This document shows, piece by piece, positions 48,668 through 59,252 of a stretch of 64,000 nucleotides of DNA; position 1 is the first letter of the stretch; each line of letters begins with the position of its first letter. The notes beneath the pieces were generated by a model. That model was not told the DNA's origin. It was given only the letters and a program-made list of their open reading frames with translations, and did not search any database. The position numbers and the translations under genes are program-made. The DNA is from an uncultured Pseudomonadota bacterium. Its GTDB lineage: Bacteria > Myxococcota_A > Polyangia > Fen-1088. The stretch is from contig CAWKBC010000027.1 of NCBI GenBank assembly GCA_963847705.1, forward strand, positions 1 through 64,000. The letters run 5' to 3'.

Positions 48668-49417
48668 ATGATCGAGGTCGTCTACGCGCTCTGGCGCCGC
48701 GACATGATCAAGTTCGTGCGCGATCGGCGGCAGCTCGTCACCAGCCTGACGCGTCCGTTCCTCTGGCTGCTGGCCTTCGGGTTCGGCCTGCGCGCCTCGG
48801 TCCGCTTGCCGACGGGCGGGACCGACTACGTGTCGTTCCTGGTGCCCGGGCTGGCGGCCATGACGGTCCTCTTCGCCAGCATGTTCGCCGCCATCTCGAT
48901 CGTCTGGGAGCGGGAGTTCGGTTTTCTCAAGGAGCTCCTGGTGGCGCCGGTTCCGCGCGGCGCCATCGTGGCCGCCAAGATCCTGGCCGGCAGCGCCACC
49001 GCGCTCATCGAGGTGACGCTCATGTTGCTGCTGTCGCCGCTGGTGGGGGCGCGGTTCAGCCCGCTCGGCGCGCTGGCCTCGTTGCCGCTGCTGGCGATCT
49101 TCGGGATGACGGTCAACGCGCTGGGGATCGTGGTGGCGGCGCGCATGAAGTCCTTCGAGGGGTTCGGCTCGGTGGTGAACTTCGTCATCCAGCCGGTGTT
49201 CTTTCTCTCGGGCGCCCTCTACCCGATCGTCGGGCTTCCCCGCGGCCTCCGCGCAGTGGTCTTCATCAATCCGATGTCCTACCTGGTCGACGCCGTGCGC
49301 GGGCTCCTCATCGGGCATCACAGCTTTGCGCTGCTGGTCGACGTCGCGGTGATCCTCGCGTCGGCCGTGGTCTTCGCGGCCCTGGCCACCCGCTCGTTCC
49401 GCCGGATGGAAGCCTAG
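48668..49417 (+). CDS. ABC-2 type permease
   Basis: FLVPG, WEREFGFLKELLVAP, FLSGALYP, NPMSY. Confidence 0.92.
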   Translation: MIEVVYALWRRDMIKFVRDRRQLVTSLTRPFLWLLAFGFGLRASVRLPTGGTDYVSFLVPGLAAMTVLFASMFAAISIVWEREFGFLKELLVAPVPRGAIVAAKILAGSATALIEVTLMLLLSPLVGARFSPLGALASLPLLAIFGMTVNALGIVVAARMKSFEGFGSVVNFVIQPVFFLSGALYPIVGLPRGLRAVVFINPMSYLVDAVRGLLIGHHSFALLVDVAVILASAVVFAALATRSFRRMEA

Positions 49418-49439
49418 GCGAGCGTGCTAGGCTAGACCG

Positions 49440-50249
49440 ATGGCGCCCGAGGCCAAAGTCACCGCGGCGACGTTGCGCGCGCGCAAGGGGACCGGCGAGC
49501 GCGTCGCGGTCCTCACCGCCTACGATGTGGTGTTCGCGCGCCTGGCGGACGGGGCCGGCATCGACGTCGTGCTGGTGGGCGACAGCCTGGGGATGGTCGT
49601 CCAGGGGGAGCGCTCCACGCTCGGCGTGACGCTCGACGAGATGGTCTATCACAGCCGCATCGTCGCCCGCGGCATCAGCCGCGCGCACCTCGTCGCCGAC
49701 ATGCCATTCATGAGCTACCAGGCGTCGGTCGAGGACGGCATGCGATCGGCGGGGCGCCTCATGAAAGAGGGGCGCGCCGAGGCGGTGAAGCTGGAAGGGG
49801 GCCTGGAGGTCGCGGAGCTCTGTCGCCGGTTGGTGCGCGCCGGGATCCCGGTGATGGGACACGTGGGGCTGACGCCACAATCGATTCACCAGCTCGGCGG
49901 CTTCAAGGTGCAGGGGCGCACCGACGCGCAGCGCGCGAAGATCATCGAAGACGCGTGCGCCCTCAGTGACGCCGGCGCCTACGCCATCGTGCTGGAGGCG
50001 GTCCCACACCCCCTGGCCGGGGAGATCACGCGCGCGGTCTCGGCGCTGACCATCGGCATCGGCGCTGGCGCCGACTGCGACGGGCAGGTGATGGTGATGC
50101 ACGATCTGCTGGGGCTGCAGCCGAGCTGGAAGCCGCGCTTCGTCCGCCGCTACGCCGAGATGGGCAAGGGCGCCGGGGAGGCGTTCGCCGCCTATGCCGC
50201 CGACGTCCGCGCCGGTACGTTCCCGGCGGCCGAAGAGACCTACGAGTAA
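49440..50249 (+). CDS. panB: 3-methyl-2-oxobutanoate hydroxymethyltransferase
   Basis: LTAYD, LVGDSLG, ADMPF, KLEGG, GHVGLTPQ, DGQV. Confidence 0.96.
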   Translation: MAPEAKVTAATLRARKGTGERVAVLTAYDVVFARLADGAGIDVVLVGDSLGMVVQGERSTLGVTLDEMVYHSRIVARGISRAHLVADMPFMSYQASVEDGMRSAGRLMKEGRAEAVKLEGGLEVAELCRRLVRAGIPVMGHVGLTPQSIHQLGGFKVQGRTDAQRAKIIEDACALSDAGAYAIVLEAVPHPLAGEITRAVSALTIGIGAGADCDGQVMVMHDLLGLQPSWKPRFVRRYAEMGKGAGEAFAAYAADVRAGTFPAAEETYE

Positions 50250-50262
50250 GTTCGGCCGCGTC

Positions 50263-51120
50263 TTGTCTCCTTCCGCCAAAGCACCGCAGGTCATTCGCAC
50301 CTCGGCCGAGATGACGGCTTGGTCGCGCGCCGCCCGTTCGCGCGGCGAACGAATCGCCTTCGTGCCGACGATGGGCGCACTGCACGCCGGCCACGTCGCG
50401 TTGCTCGAGGAGGGGCGCCGCCGCGGGGACAAGCTGGTGCTGTCGATCTTCGTGAACCCGACGCAGTTCGGTCCCAACGAGGATCTCGCCCGCTACCCGC
50501 GCGATCTCCCGGGCGATCTCGCCAAAGCGGCCGGCGCGGGGACCGACGTCGCCTTCGTCCCCGAGGCGCCTGAGATCTACCCGGCAGGTTTTCAGACGAC
50601 GATCGAGGTCCGCGAGCTCGCCCGCGGCCTCGACGGCGCCTTCCGGCCCGGCCACTTCGCCGGCGTGGCCACGGTGGTGGCCAAGCTGTTCAACATCGTC
50701 CAGCCGGATGTGGCCGTCTTCGGCCAGAAGGACTTCCAGCAGCTCGCCATCGTCCGGCGCCTGGTGGCCGATCTGGCGATGGGGATCGAGATCGTCGGCC
50801 TGCCGACCGTGCGCGAGCCCGACGGCCTGGCCATGTCCTCGCGCAACGCCTATCTCTCGGCGGCCGAGCGAATCCGCGCGCTGTCGATCTCGCGCGCGCT
50901 CTTCGCCGCCCGCGATCGCGCGGCGGCCGGCGAACGGGACGCGCGGGCGCTGGTCGATGCCGCCCGCGCCGCGCTGGACGTCGATCGCGTCGACTATCTG
51001 GAGCTCTGCGACGCTGCGACCTTGCTCACTCTCGTACAAATCGATCGACCTGCCGTCCTGCTGGTCGCCGCCTTCGTCGGCCGCACGCGCCTCATCGACA
51101 ACATCCAGATCGGTGCGTAG
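50263..51120 (+). CDS. panC: Pantoate--beta-alanine ligase
   Basis: VPTMGALHAGH, SIFVNPTQF, RPGHF, FGQKDFQQ, AMSSRN, RLIDN; start uncertain. Confidence 0.96.
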   Translation: MSPSAKAPQVIRTSAEMTAWSRAARSRGERIAFVPTMGALHAGHVALLEEGRRRGDKLVLSIFVNPTQFGPNEDLARYPRDLPGDLAKAAGAGTDVAFVPEAPEIYPAGFQTTIEVRELARGLDGAFRPGHFAGVATVVAKLFNIVQPDVAVFGQKDFQQLAIVRRLVADLAMGIEIVGLPTVREPDGLAMSSRNAYLSAAERIRALSISRALFAARDRAAAGERDARALVDAARAALDVDRVDYLELCDAATLLTLVQIDRPAVLLVAAFVGRTRLIDNIQIGA

Positions 51121-51129
51121 GTTTTCCGC

Positions 51130-51486
51130 ATGAGCGAGATCAAGACCCACGCCGGTGGTTGTCACTGCGGGCGGGTGCGCTACGAGGTCGACCTCGACCT
51201 CTCGAAGCCCGTGATCGCCTGCAACTGCTCGATGTGCGGGAAGGCGGGGACGTGGCTGACGTTCGTCCCGGCGGAGCGCTTCCGGCTGCTCTCGGGCGAG
51301 GCGGTGCTCCGCGAGTACAAGTTCAATCACCTGGTCATCCAGCACCTCTTCTGCGGCAACTGCGGGATCAAGTCCTTCGCCCGCGGCAAGGGGCGCGACG
51401 GCGGCGACCAGATCGCCATCAACGCCCGCTGCCTCGACGACGTGGATCTCGAACAGCTCAACGTCCAGAAGTTCGACGGGAAGTAG
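51130..51486 (+). CDS. GFA/CENP-V family protein
   Basis: GGCHCGRVRY, CNCSMC, FCGNCGI. Confidence 0.92.
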   Translation: MSEIKTHAGGCHCGRVRYEVDLDLSKPVIACNCSMCGKAGTWLTFVPAERFRLLSGEAVLREYKFNHLVIQHLFCGNCGIKSFARGKGRDGGDQIAINARCLDDVDLEQLNVQKFDGK

Positions 51487-51661
51487 CGCTAGTTGGAGGC
51501 GGGCTCTGGGCGAGCTTCTCCGAGAGGCTGCAGTCTTGATCGGCGTCTTCGGAAGTCTCGACTCCATTCTCAGGGGGAATCGTTTCGCATCGACGATCGC
51601 CTCGCGAAATCGAAGAAGCGCCGCTGACGCGCCCGCGCTGGCGTAGGTCCGCGCAGACCCG

Positions 51662-52321
51662 CTAGTCGAGGCGCGCGATGTGCCCCAGCTTCTCGGGGAG
51701 ATCCATCCGATAGAACTGGCGCAGCTCCGTCAGCAGCGCGTCTGTTCGTTCGGGCCGGACAAACCGGCGCTCCAGCGTGCCGGCGTAGCGGTTGGCCCCG
51801 CTGTTGGCGGCGCGGTAGCGGGCCCGCTCTTCCTCGTCGAGATCGTCGGCCAGGCTCACATCGCCGTAGAGGCGACGGCGGAGGCCCGGCGTCGGCCCCG
51901 ACACCAGCAGGCAGCAGGCGAACTTGTCGACCTCCGCTTGCAGCTCCAGCTCCAGCTGGGAGACGCCGCGATCGTCGGCCGCCCGCAGCGCGACGTAGAT
52001 GAAGTGGCTCACCCCTTCGACGGCCAGGCAGAAGTCGCTGAAGTTCCGTTCGTCGATCCCGATCGCCGTCGGATCGTGTCGCTCGAGGTTGGCCACTGCG
52101 GCCGCGTCGACGAAGAGGCCGAGCCCCAGCTCGCCGCCATCCTGCTGGACCAGCAGCTGCTCGCGCGGCGCGCGTTCCAGGCCGGCTGCGGCGCGGGCGG
52201 CTTCGTCGATCATGAAGGCGTCGATCGCCAGGTGGGTCTCGACGCGATAGAGCGCCTCCAGGCCGAGCTGCAGGCGCGCCAGCACCGAGAGCCGGGCTGC
52301 CCGCGCCGGCGTCGGTCTCAC
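51662..52321 (-). CDS. Hypothetical protein with EGVSH...ELQAEVDK motif
   Basis: Globular ORF overlapping the upstream gene by 4 nt. Confidence 0.7.
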   Translation of the reverse strand: MRPTPARAARLSVLARLQLGLEALYRVETHLAIDAFMIDEAARAAAGLERAPREQLLVQQDGGELGLGLFVDAAAVANLERHDPTAIGIDERNFSDFCLAVEGVSHFIYVALRAADDRGVSQLELELQAEVDKFACCLLVSGPTPGLRRRLYGDVSLADDLDEEERARYRAANSGANRYAGTLERRFVRPERTDALLTELRQFYRMDLPEKLGHIARLD

Positions 52322-52887
52322 TGCGGGCGGTCGCCTCCGCGGCCGATCACCACCCCCAGCGCCGCCAGCCGCGCCGCCGCCGACTGGCTCTTGGTCTGCC
52401 GCCAGAGGCGATAGAGCCGCACCACGTCCTGATTGCTGGCTGGAACCGCCATCCGCCGGCTGACCAGCGCCAGCGCGCCGACGAAGCGGACGAAGTTCGC
52501 CGCCAGCTCGCTGAACACGTCGCTGAACGGATCGCCGGTCCAGCCGGTGCCCCCGCGGGCCAGCTCCCCGTACGCGGAGCCGCCCATCCCGATGTAGTAG
52601 TCGACGTCGACCGGGCCGCCCACCAGGTGCTCGCTCCAGAACCCCGACAGGTAGAGCGAGGTGTCGCCGATGTCGCGAAGCTGACGCCGCCGCTCCAGCA
52701 GGGGGGCCTCGTTCGCCGCCGCCATGCGCAGCGCCAGCGGCGTCTCCTCGATCCGCTGGGCGGCGTAGCTCGCCAGCAGCTGAACGATGTAATGCTCGAC
52801 CAGGGTCCCGGGGGACAGCCCCTCATCCCGGAACGCGCGGTCGACCTCCTCGTGAAAGAACCCTTCGACGTTGCGCGCGAGGTCCAT
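52318..52887 (-). CDS. Helical hypothetical protein divergent from groES
   Basis: LRDIGDTSLYLSGF..DYYIGMGGSAY; upstream TTGACT-N17-CATAGC. Confidence 0.7.
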   Translation of the reverse strand: MDLARNVEGFFHEEVDRAFRDEGLSPGTLVEHYIVQLLASYAAQRIEETPLALRMAAANEAPLLERRRQLRDIGDTSLYLSGFWSEHLVGGPVDVDYYIGMGGSAYGELARGGTGWTGDPFSDVFSELAANFVRFVGALALVSRRMAVPASNQDVVRLYRLWRQTKSQSAAARLAALGVVIGRGGDRPQ

Positions 52888-53007
52888 AGATCAGCTATGC
52901 GGTCGGCGGATCAAAAAGTCAACGAATTCACGAATGATTCCAAATACATGGCGGTATGTTTCGTTGGCAGACGGAGATCCCGGATGCCAGACGGTCGAGC
53001 CAACCCG

Positions 53008-53035
53008 TTGACTCGGAAGGGTTTGGGACTAAAGT
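53008..53035 (+). promoter_or_regulatory. Sigma70-type promoter of groESL
   Basis: TTGACT-N16-TAAAGT just upstream of CIRCE. Confidence 0.55.
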
Positions 53036-53041
53036 CCCGCG

Positions 53042-53068
53042 CTGGCACTCAACCAACTTGAGTGCCAG
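53042..53068. promoter_or_regulatory. CIRCE element (HrcA operator)
   Basis: CTGGCACTC-N9-GAGTGCCAG versus consensus TTAGCACTC-N9-GAGTGCTAA; upstream of groES. Confidence 0.93.
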
Positions 53069-53130
53069 GCTTGTTCGTCCTTGCTCGGCAGGGACATGAA
53101 ACCGTTCTCAACCGTTCGGAGGATCCAGAG

Positions 53131-53421
53131 ATGAAAGTTCGCCCGTTACAGGACCGCGTGCTGGTCCGTCGCATCGCCGAAGAAGAGAAGACCAAGGGGG
53201 GGATCATCATCCCCGACTCCGCCAAGGAGAAGCCGGCCGAGGCCGAGGTCATCGCCGTCGGCAACGGAAAGTTCGACGACAAGGGCGCGCTGCGCCCGCT
53301 CACGGTCAAGAAGGGCGATCGCGTCCTCTTCGGCAAGTACAGCGGCAACGAGATCAAGATCGACGGCGTCGATCACCTGATTCTGCGCGAGGACGACATC
53401 CTCGGCGTTCTGGAGAAATAA
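53131..53421 (+). CDS. groES: Co-chaperonin GroES
   Basis: [25 protein letters not shown]. Confidence 0.97.
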   Translation: MKVRPLQDRVLVRRIAEEEKTKGGIIIPDSAKEKPAEAEVIAVGNGKFDDKGALRPLTVKKGDRVLFGKYSGNEIKIDGVDHLILREDDILGVLEK

Positions 53422-55086
<1,665 letters not shown>

Positions 55087-55117
55087 CCGCTCCCGCGGTT
55101 CACCGCCCGTTCCAACA

Positions 55118-55155
55118 GACGGCGAGTCGGGGTTCTCCCGGCTCGCCGTTTTCAT
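55118..55155 (+). terminator. Intrinsic terminator after groEL
   Basis: ACGGCGAGTCGGG / CCCGGCTCGCCGT stem followed by TTTCATTT. Confidence 0.8.
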
Positions 55156-55165
55156 TTGCTGCCCT

Positions 55166-56377
55166 TCACTTCTCGAGCGCGCCGGTCACCGACAGCAACA
55201 GCGTCTGGCGCTGGTAGCTGATCGAGGGGTTCCCCAGCTCATTGGCGTAGAAGGTGTATCGCGCGATGAGGCGCAACCGGTCGCCGAGGTCGTGAGAGAG
55301 ATCGACGCGAACGCTCGACCGGTTCTCGTCCTCGATCGCCTCGATGCTGGAGAAGCTGTTGCCGGCCGGGGTCGCGCCAATCGGTTGAGGCTGGGCGTAG
55401 TGTGCGAACAGCAGCTCGCCGCGCGCTGCCAGCGTCAGCCCACCGGGCAGCGGGCCCGCGAAGCGCGCGGTCACGATGTGGCGCATGACCGTCTCGCCGT
55501 AGCTGTTCGAACGGTTGTATTGAAAGGCGTAGCCGGCCCCCACCAGCACGCGGCCGACCCGCTGGACGTCGAGGTGGCTCATGAGGAAGTCGTCGCGTCG
55601 CAGATCGGGCCCCGAGCAGGCGAAGCCCGGCGGAACGTTCAACGCCGGCGGGCAGTCGGTGGTGAGCGCCGGCCCGCCGAACGTCCGATCCTCGTAGCTG
55701 GCGCCGGTGCTCGCCTCCCAGTCGGCATCGCCATCGGTCTGGCGCACCCAGCGCAGCTCTGCGGCGACCGTCGGTGCGTTGAAATCGTAGTCGCGATCGG
55801 GCTTGAACAAGAAGCTCCGGTAGCCGGCGATGATCGAGAGGTCGAAATGCTCCGCGGCGATCCACCCGAGTTGCACCGTGGAGGCGAGGGAGCGAAAGTC
55901 GCGCCGTTCGCTGGCATCGACCAGATTCTTCGCGGGCGCCTGGAAGGCCTCGTAGTAGCCGCCGGACAGCGTCAGCGTCGCCCGGGGCCCGAGCGCCTTC
56001 GCCCAGGCGATCGAGGATTGGGCGATGGCCACGTCCTCGTCGGTGGCGGCTGGAGCGTCGTAGATCTTCCCGGCCGCGGTCGCCCCCAGCGTCAAGATCT
56101 GGCCGTCTGCGATCAGGTCGGACAGCGTCCCCGCCAGCACCAGGCGCTCAAGGGGCGAAGCGACGATGGGCGGGTTGTTTGCCCCGGCGACCATCTCCGT
56201 CCGATGGGCGTTGGTGTCGTACTCGAGCCCCACCTCGGTCCGCAGGGTGTAGCGCTCGGTATCGGGCGCGCCGTCGGTCTGGGCGCGGGCCGTGCCGAAG
56301 GAGCTCCCGAGCACCATGCCGGACACCATGCAGATCTTGGCGAGGAGCGAGAGCGCCGCCAGCGCCGGACGACCCAT
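55166..56377 (-). CDS. Putative outer-membrane beta-barrel protein
   Basis: Signal peptide, GLEYDTN first strand, alternating amphipathic strands. Confidence 0.65.
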   Translation of the reverse strand: MGRPALAALSLLAKICMVSGMVLGSSFGTARAQTDGAPDTERYTLRTEVGLEYDTNAHRTEMVAGANNPPIVASPLERLVLAGTLSDLIADGQILTLGATAAGKIYDAPAATDEDVAIAQSSIAWAKALGPRATLTLSGGYYEAFQAPAKNLVDASERRDFRSLASTVQLGWIAAEHFDLSIIAGYRSFLFKPDRDYDFNAPTVAAELRWVRQTDGDADWEASTGASYEDRTFGGPALTTDCPPALNVPPGFACSGPDLRRDDFLMSHLDVQRVGRVLVGAGYAFQYNRSNSYGETVMRHIVTARFAGPLPGGLTLAARGELLFAHYAQPQPIGATPAGNSFSSIEAIEDENRSSVRVDLSHDLGDRLRLIARYTFYANELGNPSISYQRQTLLLSVTGALEK

Positions 56378-56410
56378 GCCTCGGCAGTGTATCCGGGGGC
56401 CGACCCGCCG

Positions 56411-57334
56411 TCAGCGCGGCGTGCGCGCGGTCTGGCGCATCGCGCGCGCCTGGCCACCGAGTGCGTCGGCGCGCGCCCGCAGCGCGGCCACCGCCCGCTG
56501 CAGCGCCTGCACCGATGAGGTCTGAGACCTGGTGCCTTCGAGGCGGCGGATGTCGGCGACGGTGGCGGGATCGAGCAGATCGCGCAGCTCCAGCGACAGC
56601 GCCGTGGGCGGCGCTCCGGTGAGCGGCGTGGGCGGCGCGCTCCCGGCCGACGTGGTGGCCGGGTTGGAGCCGGTGCTGGCGCTGCCCGACACCCCCAGGG
56701 TCGGGCGATCGACGGTCTGCGCGCCGTTGCCCGTCGGTAGCGCCACGGGCGCCCCGGCGTGCCCGGCGCTGTCGGCGGCGGGGATACTCACCACCCGCCG
56801 ATTCGACCCTTCGAGGGGCGCGAACGGATCGCAATCCAGCTCCGCCGCGCGTCGCCGCAGATCCTGCCGCCCCTTGAGCTCGACCACGCGGTGGTCGAGG
56901 GCGTCCGCCTCGAGTCGCACGCGGCGCGCGCGATCGTCCAAGATGTCTGCCTTGGCCTGCAGATCGCTGGGGCTGTCCGTCGGCGCGGCGACCGGCAACG
57001 GCCCCGGCTCGAGGGCCGGCGCGCGCAGCCCGAGGCGCGCCTCGATGTCGATCAGGCGGCGGGCCAGCGCCTCGGCGTCCGCCAGCCGCGCGCGCAGGCG
57101 GTAGTCGTCGCCCACGCCGCGCGCGGACCGCTTGAGGGCGTCGATCTCGGCGTTGACGCGATCGAGCTGGGCCCGCAGGCGCGCCCGCTCGGCGGTCAGC
57201 GCCAGGTCGCCGGACGCCGGTGGGGCGCCGGCGACGGCCGGGGAAGGCTCCGCACGGACAACCGGCGGCGCAACTCCCAGCCCCGCGGCGAGCGCGAGCA
57301 GCGCGCAAAGCCGGGCGGAGCTGATGTTCGGCAT
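56411..57334 (-). CDS. Exported coiled-coil protein
   Basis: Signal peptide; heptad-rich helices separated by Pro/Thr linkers. Confidence 0.65.
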   Translation of the reverse strand: MPNISSARLCALLALAAGLGVAPPVVRAEPSPAVAGAPPASGDLALTAERARLRAQLDRVNAEIDALKRSARGVGDDYRLRARLADAEALARRLIDIEARLGLRAPALEPGPLPVAAPTDSPSDLQAKADILDDRARRVRLEADALDHRVVELKGRQDLRRRAAELDCDPFAPLEGSNRRVVSIPAADSAGHAGAPVALPTGNGAQTVDRPTLGVSGSASTGSNPATTSAGSAPPTPLTGAPPTALSLELRDLLDPATVADIRRLEGTRSQTSSVQALQRAVAALRARADALGGQARAMRQTARTPR

Positions 57335-57365
57335 CGTGACGGCGTCCCCTGAGAACCGCTAGGAT

Positions 57366-57381
57366 AGCAATGCTCGTACCA
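57366..57381 (-). promoter_or_regulatory. Sigma54 (-24/-12) promoter
   Basis: TGGTACG-AGCA-TTGCT, GG-N10-GC spacing, one mismatch to TGGCACG-N4-TTGCW. Confidence 0.65.
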
Positions 57382-57478
57382 CCGTTGTGGCATTCGCTGC
57401 GGTCGAACTTCGTTCGTCTGCCGCGCCGCCCCCTCAGATTCTTGAGAGACGGGGCAAAATCGTTGATGCTACCGGCGC

Positions 57479-58066
57479 ATGCGCTCTCTCCTGGTCGTGG
57501 TCGTCGGGTCCCTGGTGATGGGTTGCGCCACCGAAGGCCCCGCGCCCAATGACATCAAGCCGCGCGCCAATTTGACGGCCGCCGACTTCTACCCGCTGGC
57601 GCCGGGCTGGAAGTGGGCCTACGACGTCGAGAAGGACGGCATCAACATCCTGGCCACGTACGCGGTGCTCGAACGGACCGGGGACACCGCGGTGGTGCAG
57701 ACCGGCGACGAGAAGCTGACCTATGCCGTCACGCCTGACGGGATCGTGCAGAAGGACGGCGGCATGCTCGGCGACTACGTCATCAAGAACCCCGTGAAGG
57801 CGGGCGCCGAATGGGCGGTCGAGGGGGGGCGGGCGCACCTCGCCTCGGTGACGGCCGACTTCAAGCTCGATTCGGGGGAGCACTACTTCGGCTGCATCGT
57901 CATCGAGGTCACCCGCACCGATCCGGTGCGCGTGACGCGCACGACGTTCGCGCCCGATCTCGGGCCGGTGATGCTGGAGGTGCAGGTGCAGGACGGCGCC
58001 AAGTTCACCACCATCACGCGGGCCCGCCTGCGCGCCGTCACCCGCCCGGGCGACGCGGCGCTGTAG
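57479..58066 (+). CDS. Hypothetical lipoprotein
   Basis: Lipobox VMGC; DFYPLAPGWKWAY...FAPDLGPV beta-rich fold. Confidence 0.75.
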   Translation: MRSLLVVVVGSLVMGCATEGPAPNDIKPRANLTAADFYPLAPGWKWAYDVEKDGINILATYAVLERTGDTAVVQTGDEKLTYAVTPDGIVQKDGGMLGDYVIKNPVKAGAEWAVEGGRAHLASVTADFKLDSGEHYFGCIVIEVTRTDPVRVTRTTFAPDLGPVMLEVQVQDGAKFTTITRARLRAVTRPGDAAL

Positions 58067-59234
58067 CGAGCGAGGGGACCTCGGGCGCCAGCCGTTCGTC
58101 GCGGCTGTAGTTGAAGTAGCGCTTGAGCCTGAGAAACCTCGATTCATAGAGGTGCCAGCTGAGGATCGCGGCCCCCATCGACACCGCCGCCGCGATCGAG
58201 GCGTGGGCGACCACGGCCAGCAGATAGGAGTGCAGGCGCGCGGCCAAGCTCTCCACCGAGAGCCCGGCGCGGTCGAACACCGGCCAGAGCAGACCGTGCA
58301 GGACGTAGAGGCCGTAGCTGTATTTTCCAAACAACGTGAGGGCGCGGCTCTCGAGGAGGCGACGCCCGTACGAGCTCGCCGGCGCGGCGATCGCCAGCAC
58401 GACCACCGCAGCGAACAGGATCGCCAGCAGGGAGTATCCGGCCGTCTGCATGAAGCGGCCGGGCCAGAACGTGTTCCCCGTGAGCACCATCGAGCCGAGC
58501 AGGACCGCCAGAGAGAGGCCAGCGAGGAGACGGGCGAGCGGCACGCCGCGCGCGAGCTGCCCGCCGTTGGCGGCGAATCCCGCGATCCAGGCCCCCGCCA
58601 GGAGGGCGTCCATTCGGCACGGGGTGAAGGTGTAGATCGCGTTCGGCGAGATCCCCGCCGCCACGAACAGGAGTCGCAGGCAGATACAGCACAAGGCCAG
58701 CACGCCGCAGAGGCGCGGCAGGTTTCGCGGATCGGTCCTCCGGACGATCAGCGGCCAGAGCAGATAGAACTGCTCCTCCACCCCCAGCGACCAAAAATGG
58801 CCGAAGTTAAGCCCCAGAACGTTGGGGGTGTTGAACCACCCGCCGGTCACCAGAGGATAGATGTTGCTGGCGTAGAGCCAGAGCCAGAGGGGGGATGGTC
58901 CCGCCGGCGGTGCTCCGGCGCCCATCACCAGCGGCGCCAGCAAGAGCACGACCGTCAACACGCCATAGGTGAGCGGGAAGATTCGCAGAACGCGCCGCAT
59001 GTAGAAGTCACGAAAGAAGAAGGGCGACGTGCGGGTGGCGAGGAGAATTCTGGTGATCAAGAAGCCCGAGAGGACGAAGAAGAGATCGACCCCCACCCAG
59101 CCGGCGTAGGCCGCCTTGAACAGCAGGTGGGCCAGCGGGTTGCGGTGCGTGCCGTTGCCGAAGTGGACCAGCATCACCAGCAGGATGGCGATGCCACGGA
59201 GGCCGTCGAGAGGCTTCAGCCGTTCCGGGACCAC
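58038..59234 (-). CDS. Acyltransferase-3 (OafA-like) membrane O-acyltransferase
   Basis: LDGLRGIA, GVDLFFVLSGFLIT, RRVLRIFP, HFWSLGVEEQFY, GKYSYGLYVLH. Confidence 0.93.
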   Translation of the reverse strand: MVPERLKPLDGLRGIAILLVMLVHFGNGTHRNPLAHLLFKAAYAGWVGVDLFFVLSGFLITRILLATRTSPFFFRDFYMRRVLRIFPLTYGVLTVVLLLAPLVMGAGAPPAGPSPLWLWLYASNIYPLVTGGWFNTPNVLGLNFGHFWSLGVEEQFYLLWPLIVRRTDPRNLPRLCGVLALCCICLRLLFVAAGISPNAIYTFTPCRMDALLAGAWIAGFAANGGQLARGVPLARLLAGLSLAVLLGSMVLTGNTFWPGRFMQTAGYSLLAILFAAVVVLAIAAPASSYGRRLLESRALTLFGKYSYGLYVLHGLLWPVFDRAGLSVESLAARLHSYLLAVVAHASIAAAVSMGAAILSWHLYESRFLRLKRYFNYSRDERLAPEVPSLATAPRRPGG

Positions 59235-59252
59235 CGCACCGCGATCGTATCA

